From a bacterium (GTDB taxonomy: Bacteria > Electryoneota > Electryoneia > Electryoneales > Electryoneaceae): a stretch of DNA of 64,000 nucleotides. Positions 27,664-37,533 of this stretch are shown in pieces. Position 1 is the stretch's first letter; each line of letters opens with the position of its first letter. A model generated the notes under the pieces. That model did not search any database and was not told the origin of the DNA. It saw only the letters and a list, made by a program, of their open reading frames with translations. Both the position numbers and the translations under genes were made by a program. The stretch is taken from NCBI GenBank assembly GCA_963675295.2, contig CAXXKJ010000002.1, positions 576,001-640,000 of the forward strand. Direction: 5' to 3'.

Positions 27664-29571
27664 ATGAATCCGGCCACACAAAACACGGTGCATGTGGTTC
27701 TTTGCAGCGGCCACTCCGGCAGCCGTCTGCTGGTGCGTCTGTTGGCGGAGAACGGCGTTTACATGGGCGCGCGCCGTGGCGGAGTCGGCGAGGACAACCA
27801 GGACTTCGGCGAGTTGCTGTGGTTGGAAAACTTCCGCCGTCAGGTGGTCGCACACTGGAAGTATCCCAACGATCCGCGTCTGCTCGAACCGATCCACACG
27901 GGCCTGCTTAGGGCGCATCGCAAGTTCATCAGCGGCTTGGCGGAGATGAATACGCCGGCGGTTGCGATTGGTAGCAAGAACGCGACGCAGTTCCCGTATG
28001 TCGCCGGGCTGTACCGGGATGCGCTGGTAGCACAGGGTGTGCGAGTGAAGTTCATCCATCTGACCCGTGACCCACGGATGTGGATGTTGTCCGGACGAGA
28101 TCCGGACAGCCGGGGAGTGGTCCGCCCGGCCCGGCATCCGCGTTTTTCGCTGCTGGACGATCCGTTCAACCGGTATCTCTGGACAGGTTCGTTCGCGGGC
28201 GAGGTGGAGACCCCGCTGGGTGAGATCCGGCTCTCTGATTACGCTGTCTATAGTGAAGAACAGCAGATCGCGCTGGAGGCGCGATTTTGGGCGACGACCA
28301 ACAGCGTCGCAGCGGAGTTGGGTTCTGAGCCGGGTGACTACTTGCACGTGCGGTACGAGGATCTGATCCTCGATCCGGCGGCGGTGTTCGCACAGTTGAG
28401 TGAGTTCATGGGCGTTTCCCTGACGCACGAACCCGCTGGTGGGACACGGATCAGGACCGACCGGGTGCAACGTGATCCGGTCATGGCGGTCGGCGAAGGC
28501 ACGGCACGGTTGATCGCTGCGACCTGCGGCGAGTTAATGGTCCAGTTCGGGTACACGCAAGACGGCACGAAGACCGCCCCCGAAGCCAACGGTGCCAGGC
28601 TTTCCGCGGCAAAGCCGTTCGGCCCGACGATTCACACGGCAAACGGTAGCGGATTGCGCCCGGTGTTCGTTGTTGGCTGCATGCGCTCGGGCACGACGAT
28701 CCTCGGCAAGGTGCTGGATTCGCATTCCGGCCTGAAGCAGATCGGCTGGGAGATGAACGACGAATGGTCCACCCTCGGTTGTGCGCCGAGCGGGCTGGTC
28801 TGCGAGAGCCGTCATGCGGGTGATGCGACCGAGCAGGCGCGTGTCGCGATGGACGGTTTTTTCCGGTCGAAACTGGCGAAAGTGGGACCGGGAGTGCGCC
28901 CGGTGAACAAGTCGCCGCATTTGGGCAACAAGCTGGATTATGTGCGTGCGTTGTTCCCGGACGCTCAGTTCATCCACATCGTGCGCGATCCGTTTTCGCA
29001 CACCAACAGCATGAAGTCGCATTTCGAACGGATCACGTACCAGCAGCGCCAGAGTGTCGCCTACTGGCCGGACAGCGGCGAAAAGCCGTGCTGGCAGCAG
29101 TTTACGGTGCAGCAGGCAGCCGAACGTGACCTGCCGTTGGATCGTGTCTATCCAGGCGAGGGATTCGCGCGAATCCCGGAAGCGTGGGCGGTGATCAACG
29201 GGTACATCACGGCGGAACTGGAATCCTGGCCTGAGGATGCCGCGACGGTGATCCACTACAACCGGCTGGTCACCGATCCGGCGGGTGAAGCGGCGCGGTT
29301 GTTCGCGTTTCTCGGACTGGACACTGGTCCGGCGGAAGCGGCGCCGGCGTTGATGGGCGGATCGGACGGGCTGGTGAATTCGCAGACGCGGAACCCGTTG
29401 GACGAGTGGCGCAAGACCCTGTCGCGAGAGCTGATCGATGAGATCCACCGTCAGCTGCACCGCCATGTGAGCGAACTGGCGGTGATCGAGCGCTGGCTGC
29501 GGCACTCGTATGGCGATGACTCGCTGAGCGTGCTGCCTGTGCGAAACGAGGTGTTGGCCGATGAGCGCTGA
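27664..29571 (+). CDS. Tandem two-domain sulfotransferase
   Basis: SGHSGSR...RDPR...VRYEDL and GCMRSGTT...NKSP...IVRDP...YNRLV. Confidence 0.85.
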   Translation: MNPATQNTVHVVLCSGHSGSRLLVRLLAENGVYMGARRGGVGEDNQDFGELLWLENFRRQVVAHWKYPNDPRLLEPIHTGLLRAHRKFISGLAEMNTPAVAIGSKNATQFPYVAGLYRDALVAQGVRVKFIHLTRDPRMWMLSGRDPDSRGVVRPARHPRFSLLDDPFNRYLWTGSFAGEVETPLGEIRLSDYAVYSEEQQIALEARFWATTNSVAAELGSEPGDYLHVRYEDLILDPAAVFAQLSEFMGVSLTHEPAGGTRIRTDRVQRDPVMAVGEGTARLIAATCGELMVQFGYTQDGTKTAPEANGARLSAAKPFGPTIHTANGSGLRPVFVVGCMRSGTTILGKVLDSHSGLKQIGWEMNDEWSTLGCAPSGLVCESRHAGDATEQARVAMDGFFRSKLAKVGPGVRPVNKSPHLGNKLDYVRALFPDAQFIHIVRDPFSHTNSMKSHFERITYQQRQSVAYWPDSGEKPCWQQFTVQQAAERDLPLDRVYPGEGFARIPEAWAVINGYITAELESWPEDAATVIHYNRLVTDPAGEAARLFAFLGLDTGPAEAAPALMGGSDGLVNSQTRNPLDEWRKTLSRELIDEIHRQLHRHVSELAVIERWLRHSYGDDSLSVLPVRNEVLADER

Positions 29572-30688
29572 GACGCAGGTAAAAACGGTCAGCGTACCGT
29601 ATGTCGACCTCGGCGCAGAACCGTCCGACGAACTCACCCGCGAACTGTTGGCCGCGGTTGAGGATGGGCTCAGCTCCGGCCAGTTCATACTGGGCGCGGC
29701 GGTAGAGGAGTTCGAGCAACAGTTCGCCGAAGTGTGCGGAGTGAAGCATGCGATCGGCGTGGGCAATGGCACCGACGCGATCATTCTTGCGCTGCGTGGG
29801 TTGGGCATCGGTGTGGGGGACGAAGTCATCACCGCGTCGAACTCGTTCCTGGCGTCTGCGTCCGCGATTGTAATGGCTGGCGCAACGCCGGTATTTGCTG
29901 ATGTTCAGGACGATCTGAACCTCGATCCGGCGGCGGTCGAGGCAGCGATCACCGAACGGACGAGGGCGATACTGCCGGTGCATCTGACCGGACGTCCCGC
30001 CGATATGCGCGCCTTGCTGGAGATCGCGGAACGTCATGAGCTGCTGGTGATTGAAGACGCCGCGCAGGCGGTTGGAGCGGCGTACGACGGGCAGCCGGTG
30101 GGATCCTTCGGCGCGGCGGGTTGTTTCAGCCTGCACCCGTTGAAGAATCTTGCAGCGGCGGGTGATGGTGGCGTGATCACAACCAACGATGACCGGTTGG
30201 CGGACTGGCTGCGTCAGGCGCGCAATCACGGGCTGCGTGACCGTAATACCTGCGATTTCTGGAGTGTGAACAGCCGCCTTGACGCGTTGCAGGCGGCGAT
30301 GTTGACGGTCAAGCTGCGGTGTCTTGACAAGTGGACCGTCGCCCGCCGGGCGAATGCGGCGTACTACCGTGAACGGCTGGCGGATGTGGTGACGGTGCCT
30401 GACGAAAAGCCTGAAGAGTACAGCGTGTACCACACGTTCGTGATCCAGGCGGAGCGTCGGAATGAACTGCAACGATTCCTGGCTGAACGCAACATCGGCA
30501 GCGCGGTGCACTATCCGATCCCAATCCACCTGCAGCCGGCGGCGATGGATCTCGGCTACCGGTTGGGATCGTTGCCGATGACGGAACGGTTGGCAGGGCA
30601 GATCCTCAGTTTGCCGGTGCATCCGAAGTTGAACGAAGAACAGCTCGCGCATGTGGTGCGTGCGGTTCGGGACTTTTACGCGGCGTAA
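29561..30688 (+). CDS. DegT/DnrJ/EryC1/StrS-family sugar aminotransferase
   Basis: [27 protein letters not shown] (PLP lysine), [19 protein letters not shown]. Confidence 0.95.
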   Translation: MSAETQVKTVSVPYVDLGAEPSDELTRELLAAVEDGLSSGQFILGAAVEEFEQQFAEVCGVKHAIGVGNGTDAIILALRGLGIGVGDEVITASNSFLASASAIVMAGATPVFADVQDDLNLDPAAVEAAITERTRAILPVHLTGRPADMRALLEIAERHELLVIEDAAQAVGAAYDGQPVGSFGAAGCFSLHPLKNLAAAGDGGVITTNDDRLADWLRQARNHGLRDRNTCDFWSVNSRLDALQAAMLTVKLRCLDKWTVARRANAAYYRERLADVVTVPDEKPEEYSVYHTFVIQAERRNELQRFLAERNIGSAVHYPIPIHLQPAAMDLGYRLGSLPMTERLAGQILSLPVHPKLNEEQLAHVVRAVRDFYAA

Positions 30689-30704
30689 ACGGAAGACGGA
30701 CGTC

Positions 30705-31718
30705 ATGAGCAGCAAGCATTGCATCGTTACGGGCGGAGCGGGTTTCATCGGCAGCCATGTGGTGGATCGTCTGCTCGCGGACGGCCACACGGTCACCGCA
30801 ATCGACAATTTCTCCACCGGCAACCCGCGCAATGTCGCGCACTTGAAGGATAATCCGTCGTTCACGCTGGTGCAGGCGGACATAGCCGCCACGCCGAATC
30901 TGAAGGACATCTTCAATGGGGCGGACTGGGTGATTCACCTGGCTGCGTTGGCGGATATCGTGCCGTCGATCCAGAAGCCGCGTGAGTACTACCGGTCCAA
31001 TGTGGACGGCACGTTCGAAGTGCTGGAAGCGGCCCGTGCGGCCGGTGTGAAACGGCTGGTATATGCGGCGTCTTCGTCGTGTTATGGCATCCCCGATGTG
31101 ACACCGACGCCGGAAACGGCGGAAATTCGCACCGAATACCCGTACGCCCTGACCAAGCACCTTGGCGAAAAACTGGTGCTGCACTGGGCGCAGGTGTACA
31201 AGCTGCCAGCGGTGTCGTTGCGCTTCTTCAACGTGTACGGCCCGCGTGCCCGGACGACGGGGACCTACGGCGCAGTGTTCGGCGTCTTCCTCGCGCAGAA
31301 GCTGGCGGGGAAACCGTTCACCGTGGTCGGCGACGGCACGCAGACGCGTGATTTCACGTATGTCACTGACATCGCGGACGCGGTCGTGGGTGCGGCGGAG
31401 TCGGAGATCAGCGGCGAGATCATGAATGTCGGCAGCGGTGGAACGTACAGCATCAACCGGTTGGTCGAACTTCTCGGTGGGCCGGTGACGTATATCCCTA
31501 AACGTCCTGGCGAACCGGACAGCACGTTCGCGGACACCGCGAAAATCGAGCGGCTGCTGGGGTGGAAGGCAAGCGTGAGTTTTGAGACGGGGGTCAAGCG
31601 GATGCTCGAGCACATCCACAACTGGGAGGAAGCGCCGGTGTGGACGCCGGATTCCATTTCGGTCGCAACGAAGGAGTGGTTCGAGTACCTCAGTCCCCGG
31701 GAGGAAGTCCATGAGTGA
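30705..31718 (+). CDS. NAD-dependent nucleotide-sugar epimerase/dehydratase (extended SDR)
   Basis: [46 protein letters not shown]. Confidence 0.94.
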   Translation: MSSKHCIVTGGAGFIGSHVVDRLLADGHTVTAIDNFSTGNPRNVAHLKDNPSFTLVQADIAATPNLKDIFNGADWVIHLAALADIVPSIQKPREYYRSNVDGTFEVLEAARAAGVKRLVYAASSSCYGIPDVTPTPETAEIRTEYPYALTKHLGEKLVLHWAQVYKLPAVSLRFFNVYGPRARTTGTYGAVFGVFLAQKLAGKPFTVVGDGTQTRDFTYVTDIADAVVGAAESEISGEIMNVGSGGTYSINRLVELLGGPVTYIPKRPGEPDSTFADTAKIERLLGWKASVSFETGVKRMLEHIHNWEEAPVWTPDSISVATKEWFEYLSPREEVHE

Positions 31719-33285
31719 ATCGACCCTGTTGCGGAACGGACACAACGGCACGGCCACCGCGCCACCGTTGGAGAAACTGATTCCGCTGGAAACATTGCCG
31801 GACAAGCTGCGCGTGCATCGTGACCGTGGCGAAATGATTGTCCAGTGTCACGGCGTCTTCGACCTGCTGCACCCGGGCCATGTTCGTCATTTCAAGGCGG
31901 CGAAGCAGGAAGGTGACGTGCTGGTGGTGACGTTGACGCCGGACCGGTTTGTCAACAAAGGGCCGGGCCGTCCGGTGTTCAACGAACTGTTGCGCGCCGA
32001 GTTTATCGCGTCGCTGGAGTCGGTGGACTATGTCGCGATCAATCACTGGCCGACTGCGGTCGAGGTGCTGGGGGTTGTGCGACCGGATGTATATGTCAAG
32101 GGCAGCGATTACGCCGACGATAAGGACGATCTCACCGGGAAGATCGTGGACGAACGCGAGGCGGTTGAAGCGCACGGGGGGCGGGTGCATTTCACCCGGG
32201 ATATCACGTTCAGCTCGACCAAATTGCTGAACAATCACTTTAACGTTTTCAGCCAGGAAGCTGAAGTATTCCTTGAGGATTTCCGGGGACGCTGGAGTGC
32301 GGACGATATCATCGGGATGCTCGACAGCCTGCACGACATGAAGGTGCTGGTAATCGGCGATATCATCCTGGATGAGTACCATTTTTGCGAAGCGATGGGG
32401 ATGGCGTCCAAGTCGACCACGATCAACGCGAGGTACCTGGAGGGCGAGAAACACGCCGGTGGTGTGCTGGCTGTGGCGAACCATGTCGCGGGATTCTGCG
32501 ACAACATACACCTGGTCAGCCTGGTAGGGGATGAGGACGATCAGCTTGAGTTCATCGAGTCAAAACTGAACCCGAAGATCAGCTCGCGGTTTTTCAGCCG
32601 TCCCGACGGTCCGACCACGCGCAAGGTCCGCTACCTGCACCAGTACCAGTACCAGAAGATGTTCGAGTTGACGTATATCGAGGACGGTCCACTACCACTG
32701 CAGGTTGAAGAAAACTTAAACCAGTATGTGCGGGATATTGCGAGTGACTACGATCTCGTGCTGGTGACCGACTTCGGGCACGGCATGATCGGGCCGTCGA
32801 CGGTGGCGGCGTTGGCGGACACCGCGCCGTTCATCGCGTTGAACACGCAGGTCAACAGCGCCAACCGTGGGTTTAACGCGTTGACCAAGTATCCGCGTGC
32901 GGACTATGTCTGCATCGATCAGGAAGAGATCCGGCACACGTATCACGATCGCTTCGGTCCGTTGCAGGATCTGATCCAGAAGGCGGTGGACGATCTCTCG
33001 GCGTCGTTTGTCACGGTCACTCGTGGGCACAAGGGGTCGACGACGTACCGTCGCGGCAACGGCATGCATCATACGCCGGTGTTTGCGGACAAGGCGGTGG
33101 ATCCGATCGGCGCGGGGGACGCATTCCTCTCGATCACGTCGCCGCTGGCCGCGCGTGGTTATCCGGCGGAGGTGATCAGCTTTGTCGGGAACGCGGTGGG
33201 CGCGTTGGCGATTCAGGTGCTTGGTAATCGGTCGAGCGTGCAGCCGGTGGAGTTGAAGAAGTACATCACGACGCTGTTGAAGTAG
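31711..33285 (+). CDS. Bifunctional nucleotidyltransferase + PfkB-type sugar kinase (HldE/RfaE-like, reversed domain order)
   Basis: N-terminal HGVFDLLHPGH, NKGPGRP, YVKGSDY, SSTKL; C-terminal VIGDIILDEY, DFGHG, DPIGAGDAF. Confidence 0.9.
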   Translation: MSESTLLRNGHNGTATAPPLEKLIPLETLPDKLRVHRDRGEMIVQCHGVFDLLHPGHVRHFKAAKQEGDVLVVTLTPDRFVNKGPGRPVFNELLRAEFIASLESVDYVAINHWPTAVEVLGVVRPDVYVKGSDYADDKDDLTGKIVDEREAVEAHGGRVHFTRDITFSSTKLLNNHFNVFSQEAEVFLEDFRGRWSADDIIGMLDSLHDMKVLVIGDIILDEYHFCEAMGMASKSTTINARYLEGEKHAGGVLAVANHVAGFCDNIHLVSLVGDEDDQLEFIESKLNPKISSRFFSRPDGPTTRKVRYLHQYQYQKMFELTYIEDGPLPLQVEENLNQYVRDIASDYDLVLVTDFGHGMIGPSTVAALADTAPFIALNTQVNSANRGFNALTKYPRADYVCIDQEEIRHTYHDRFGPLQDLIQKAVDDLSASFVTVTRGHKGSTTYRRGNGMHHTPVFADKAVDPIGAGDAFLSITSPLAARGYPAEVISFVGNAVGALAIQVLGNRSSVQPVELKKYITTLLK

Positions 33286-33295
33286 CGTTGCTGAC

Positions 33296-34159
33296 TTAAC
33301 GCGGGAATGACACGCCAATTCCGGCACCGGGGTACCAGTGGTCCTCGGGAATTTCGCGCAGGAACAAAAACTTGCGGCCGGTTTCCTCTGAGAATCTCAG
33401 CAGACTGGCGGAAGCATGTGAGTTGTCACCGAGGATAATAGCGCGTGGCGACAACTTGTCTTTAACTGTCTGATACTCGCGGTACTCGTACTCGTGTGAG
33501 TGGTCGCTGTCGTTGATGAACACATCGATCGGCTGGTTGAATCGTCTCAGCGACTCAATGGAATCGCCGTACAGAATTTCCCCGACCGTTTCGTACTTGC
33601 CTGAAAACAGGTAGCCAGCCTTGGGATTAATGTCAGTGCCGTAATACTGTCCTTCGTATCCCTCTTCTTTGTTTCTCAGCAACGCGGAAGCGAGCAGCAC
33701 CGTGCCCAACCCCTTGTCGATGCCTGTTTCTACGACGACGCGAGGTTTCAGCAGTCGTACCACCGCATACCAACCGAGCCGGCGGCCGAAATCGCATCGC
33801 TCATCCGCTTTATGGGCGAACGGGCTGCTGCGGCTGGTTGTAATCACGTGTTGGCGTAGCTCTTCGTCCGCAAGCGGTTCTTCAAGGAATTTCAGCACGT
33901 GCCCCGGGTTGCGGTTCAACGCTACAGCCAGTCCATGCGCGATCTGCAGGCGGCTGTATTCAGTTAACGGGTAGGTGAAGTTTGTCGTTTCACGTGACGA
34001 AAGCTCGAATTTCACCAGCCGGTGGATGCGAGGCAGAATGTGCACCCGGAACAACCGGCTGAACCGTGGGGAAAAGGTTGTGGTATCCTTTTTGTCGAAC
34101 AGGGTGTCGAGTCGTTCCACGAACTCCTTGGTATTTCTGGATTGTTCGGGCGTCATCAT
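33296..34159 (-). CDS. Class I SAM-dependent methyltransferase (Methyltransf_24-like)
   Basis: VVETGIDKGLG, GDSIESL, FINDSDHS. Confidence 0.85.
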   Translation of the reverse strand: MMTPEQSRNTKEFVERLDTLFDKKDTTTFSPRFSRLFRVHILPRIHRLVKFELSSRETTNFTYPLTEYSRLQIAHGLAVALNRNPGHVLKFLEEPLADEELRQHVITTSRSSPFAHKADERCDFGRRLGWYAVVRLLKPRVVVETGIDKGLGTVLLASALLRNKEEGYEGQYYGTDINPKAGYLFSGKYETVGEILYGDSIESLRRFNQPIDVFINDSDHSHEYEYREYQTVKDKLSPRAIILGDNSHASASLLRFSEETGRKFLFLREIPEDHWYPGAGIGVSFPR

Positions 34160-35082
34160 TACTCTCCCAGCATCTCGGCTATCTCACCGGGCAACGGCGG
34201 TTGGTTGGACAGGATGTCGGCACTCTCCAGCTGCGGGGTGGCGTTGTCATCGTAGATCTGATCGAAGGAAAACAGCTGCAGCAGCCGGATTGAATTGGCC
34301 ACGATGTCGGTCGGCAGCTTTTTGCGCCACTTTTCCAGCCGGGCTTCGACGGTGCGTGCCGGATCAACCTTGCCGGAGGTGTGGGACGGGTTGTTGATGC
34401 CATCGAGGATGTGTTCGTCGAACGGCTGATCGAGGAAGGTGAACAGCCGTCGCAGTTCCGCTTCCGGATGCAGCGCGAGGTGTTCGTAGAACAGCACGTG
34501 CACGTCCAGCTCGCGAATCTGTTTCAACGCGACGAAGTTTTCCACACACCACAGCAACAAACCGCTCTCGTAGGCGTGCATCTCCTCGCGTTCGAGCAAC
34601 GGCAGGATCGGCTCGAGGTAATCTTCGTTCAGCTCGGGCTGGCCGAGCAGCAGGTCGACCCCTCGTTTCCAGTTCATCTCCATGCGTGACACGGTCACCG
34701 CGATCGGATGGCGCAGGGTGAGGATGAGTTTTACGTCCGGAAACTGTTGCCGCATCCACGCCAGGGTCATGTTCGCGCGGATTTCCTTGACGATCCGTTT
34801 GTTTGAGTGCGGCGCACTGTTGAACCGGTTGACCCACTCGTTCTCGACGGTACCGTAGAGAAAGTTCTCCGCAACTTTGCGATGCTCCGGGTAGTCTCCG
34901 TCAGGGCGCAGGTACTGCCGCCAGCCGAACGGGTCAATTCCCTTGACCTGGTGGTGGTTCAGCGGCTCGAAGTAGTAGCTGAAATCCTGACGGTGGTTGA
35001 GCAGGTTCGCTAGCCAGGTTGTGCCGCTGCGGCCGGATCCGGCGAGGAAGATGACGTTGTCGGGACGGGCGTGTTCGGGCAT
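34159..35082 (-). CDS. Sulfotransferase
   Basis: GSGRSGTTW, FEPL, KEIRAN, LRHPIAV, FYEHL. Confidence 0.9.
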   Translation of the reverse strand: MPEHARPDNVIFLAGSGRSGTTWLANLLNHRQDFSYYFEPLNHHQVKGIDPFGWRQYLRPDGDYPEHRKVAENFLYGTVENEWVNRFNSAPHSNKRIVKEIRANMTLAWMRQQFPDVKLILTLRHPIAVTVSRMEMNWKRGVDLLLGQPELNEDYLEPILPLLEREEMHAYESGLLLWCVENFVALKQIRELDVHVLFYEHLALHPEAELRRLFTFLDQPFDEHILDGINNPSHTSGKVDPARTVEARLEKWRKKLPTDIVANSIRLLQLFSFDQIYDDNATPQLESADILSNQPPLPGEIAEMLGE

Positions 35083-35277
35083 CTTGGTTCCGTTCGAGGG
35101 AAACTGTGAAGCGTTGTCGCCAATATGTCCCTGTCTGGCGGGGTGTGCAAGCGGTAAGAAAATACCGCTGGACTGTCGTAGCGGCAGAAATCTGCGTTGC
35201 GGGAGAAGACGAGAATAGCCCGGCTCAGTGAGTCGGGCTATCGTCGTTGTAACCAGTAAGTATGACTGGTATTACAG

Positions 35278-35365
35278 CGGAGAGGGTGGGATTCGAACCC
35301 ACGTTACGGGGTCACCGCAAACTCGCTTTCGAGGCGAGCGCCTTCAACCACTCGGCCACCTCTCC
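35278..35365 (-). tRNA. tRNA-Ser(CGA), CCA not encoded
   Basis: Minus strand GGAGAGG acceptor, CTCGC-CT-CGA-AA-GCGAG anticodon arm, long variable arm, GGTTCGAATCC. Confidence 0.96.
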
Positions 35366-35570
35366 GGGGTTGTTCGTCGATCACGGGCGCGGGTGATCAC
35401 GGCTGCGTCGTCAATTGGACCACCGTGTCAGGTGATCCATGCTTGTGCAATTGCCGTGTTCACATAACAAGTAATCCATGGCTGCACAAATGCAAACTGG
35501 CAGCCGCCGCACGCCCGGCAGTATCGCTTGGAACAGCCGCATAAGGTAAACGCCGGCTGCAAGTCTGGCA

Positions 35571-35648
35571 ATCCCCTCCGAGACGAGATGGGGAGCGGTA
35601 GGGTCCCTTATTGGTAGAGAAGAACCTCTCAACGCCGGGGTCTCCCGT
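35571..35648 (+). ncRNA. Candidate structured RNA motif upstream of the secreted-protein pair
   Basis: CCCC..GGGG hairpin, then AGCGGTAGGGTCCC...GAGA/TCTC...ACGCCGGGGTCTCCCGT nested pairing. Confidence 0.35.
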
Positions 35649-35920
35649 AAGTCAGTGGGGTCGTTTCCCGCCTGCGTGTTCACCTCCCCGAATCCGTCTC
35701 CGCTGGCGTACATCCACTGTTTTGACCACTCCCTCGCGGTTCCCTTCCCGGTTGTATGTTGCATTCGACCGTGTGGTGGGCAACGAGTCTCCAACTCTGC
35801 CTGTGATGCGCGGATGCCGGTGCTGATGTGAATCACATCACATGATTGCGTCCCACCGGTTCGTATGCTGGTATCGAAGAAGCGACATATCTACGTGTGG
35901 GCGTAAACTTGGGGGATGGG

Positions 35921-37381
35921 ATGAGCACACGACGATGGTGTTGGTCTTTGCTGGTTGCACTAGTACTGGTTCCGGGTCTGCTTCCCGCGCAGCCGGTGCA
36001 GGTTTGGCTCAATCAATATGGTACGCAGAGTCACACTGCCTATCAGATGATTCGTACCAGTTCGGGCCAGTATGCGCATTGTGTCCGTGAAGGCTATTCT
36101 GGTGACGCGCTATTCCTGCTGGATTCGGCGGGTGAGGAAATCTGGCATCACACCTATGGCGAAATGGGAAATTATGACTCCAATGAGGACGTGCTGGAGA
36201 TGCCGGACGGCGGTTTCCTGTTGGCGGGGTATGCGTGGATTGACGCGCAGGCGGCATATGACGCCCGTTTGATCCGTACCGACGCCTCCGGCGCGGTGAT
36301 TTGGGAAACGTTCGCCGGGAGTGTCGAGGAGACCGACTACGGGCACAAGGTTGTACGCACCGAGGCTGGCCGCATCTTCATGACCGGCCAGATCTGGACC
36401 GGATCGGTGTCCGAGGGTGCGTTGTGGGAATTCAATGACAACGGCGACCTGCTGAACACGTACAACTACAACGCGGGCACATCATCCGTCGGCTTCCATA
36501 CCATCATTTTGACCAGTGACGATCACCTGGTGATGAGCGGCGGCGGCTATTTCAACGTTGACGACTACGATGGCTGGGCGATCAAGGTCGACATGGACGG
36601 CGAGATTGTCTGGAGCAACGTGCTGTACAATGACAACTGGCAGTACATGTCACGGATCGGGGAAGCGGCGGATGGATCCTTCATCTTCGCGGGCAACGGC
36701 GTGTCTGAACCGGATGGGGATCCGCATCCATGGTACGGTCGTCTTGATGCGGACGGAAACGTGCAATACACGACCTACTACGGCAATCCCACCGCGAGCA
36801 GCTACTTCCTCGAGTGCGCACCGGATGTGGACGGCAACTGGTTGCTCGCCGGCCGCTACGAGGGCGCAGATCCGGACCAGGACGCATTGCTGCTGAAGAT
36901 CAATCCGGCGGATGGCAGCCTGATCTGGACGTTGACGGTCGGGGAGAGCGATCCCGGCAGCGACGAAGGCTTTTCAGACATCGTGCTCGATCCGGATGGC
37001 AGTTACATCCTCGCTGGCGACGGTGACTTCAATGCGCTAACCCACCCCGGTTTCATCGCGATGTACAACATGACCGGGTCGGGCGTGGAACCGGTTGCCA
37101 TGACAAACCAGCCGCGTGCATTCTCCCTGGTCAACGTGTATCCGAACCCGTTCAACGCCACCACGACAGTGGTGCTGGAGCTGGCGCAGCCATGCGAGCT
37201 GCAGGTAGATGTGGTCAATGTGAACGGGCAGGTGGTGTCGACGTTGACGCACGCGTCCATGGCACCGGGCACGCACCGGTTGAACTGGCGGGCGGATTCG
37301 TTCGCGAGCGGTGTGTATTGGCTGCGCGCGTCCGTGCCGGGAAGCTTGACGGCAACCCGGAAAATCACTCTGGTGAAGTAA
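35921..37381 (+). CDS. Secreted beta-propeller repeat protein with PNPFN C-terminal domain
   Basis: Signal peptide MSTRRW...LPA, D-x-x-G-x-x-x-W repeats, VYPNPFN...SGVY...KITLVK. Confidence 0.87.
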   Translation: MSTRRWCWSLLVALVLVPGLLPAQPVQVWLNQYGTQSHTAYQMIRTSSGQYAHCVREGYSGDALFLLDSAGEEIWHHTYGEMGNYDSNEDVLEMPDGGFLLAGYAWIDAQAAYDARLIRTDASGAVIWETFAGSVEETDYGHKVVRTEAGRIFMTGQIWTGSVSEGALWEFNDNGDLLNTYNYNAGTSSVGFHTIILTSDDHLVMSGGGYFNVDDYDGWAIKVDMDGEIVWSNVLYNDNWQYMSRIGEAADGSFIFAGNGVSEPDGDPHPWYGRLDADGNVQYTTYYGNPTASSYFLECAPDVDGNWLLAGRYEGADPDQDALLLKINPADGSLIWTLTVGESDPGSDEGFSDIVLDPDGSYILAGDGDFNALTHPGFIAMYNMTGSGVEPVAMTNQPRAFSLVNVYPNPFNATTTVVLELAQPCELQVDVVNVNGQVVSTLTHASMAPGTHRLNWRADSFASGVYWLRASVPGSLTATRKITLVK

Positions 37382-37533
37382 GGTGAGTTGATCTGCCGCT
37401 ATCCGGACGACGGGAAGCGACCGCGTTGAAACGAACAGAACTTTATGTGAACAGAGTCACAACCATTGGTGGATAGCGGACATTTTGTTATTTTCAGCAT
37501 ACGATCGGTGTCACGAACAAATTGGGGGAAAGA

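Noticed and set aside
11664-35365. Glycan island as a tRNA-Ser-integrated mobile element
   Set aside because: No integrase, no duplicated tRNA 3' end found, and mostly host-like GC and codon usage.
35868-35884. Sigma54 promoter before the 35921 gene
   Set aside because: GG-N10-GC spacing is present but the TGGCAC and TTGC context is poor; such matches arise by chance in GC-rich DNA.
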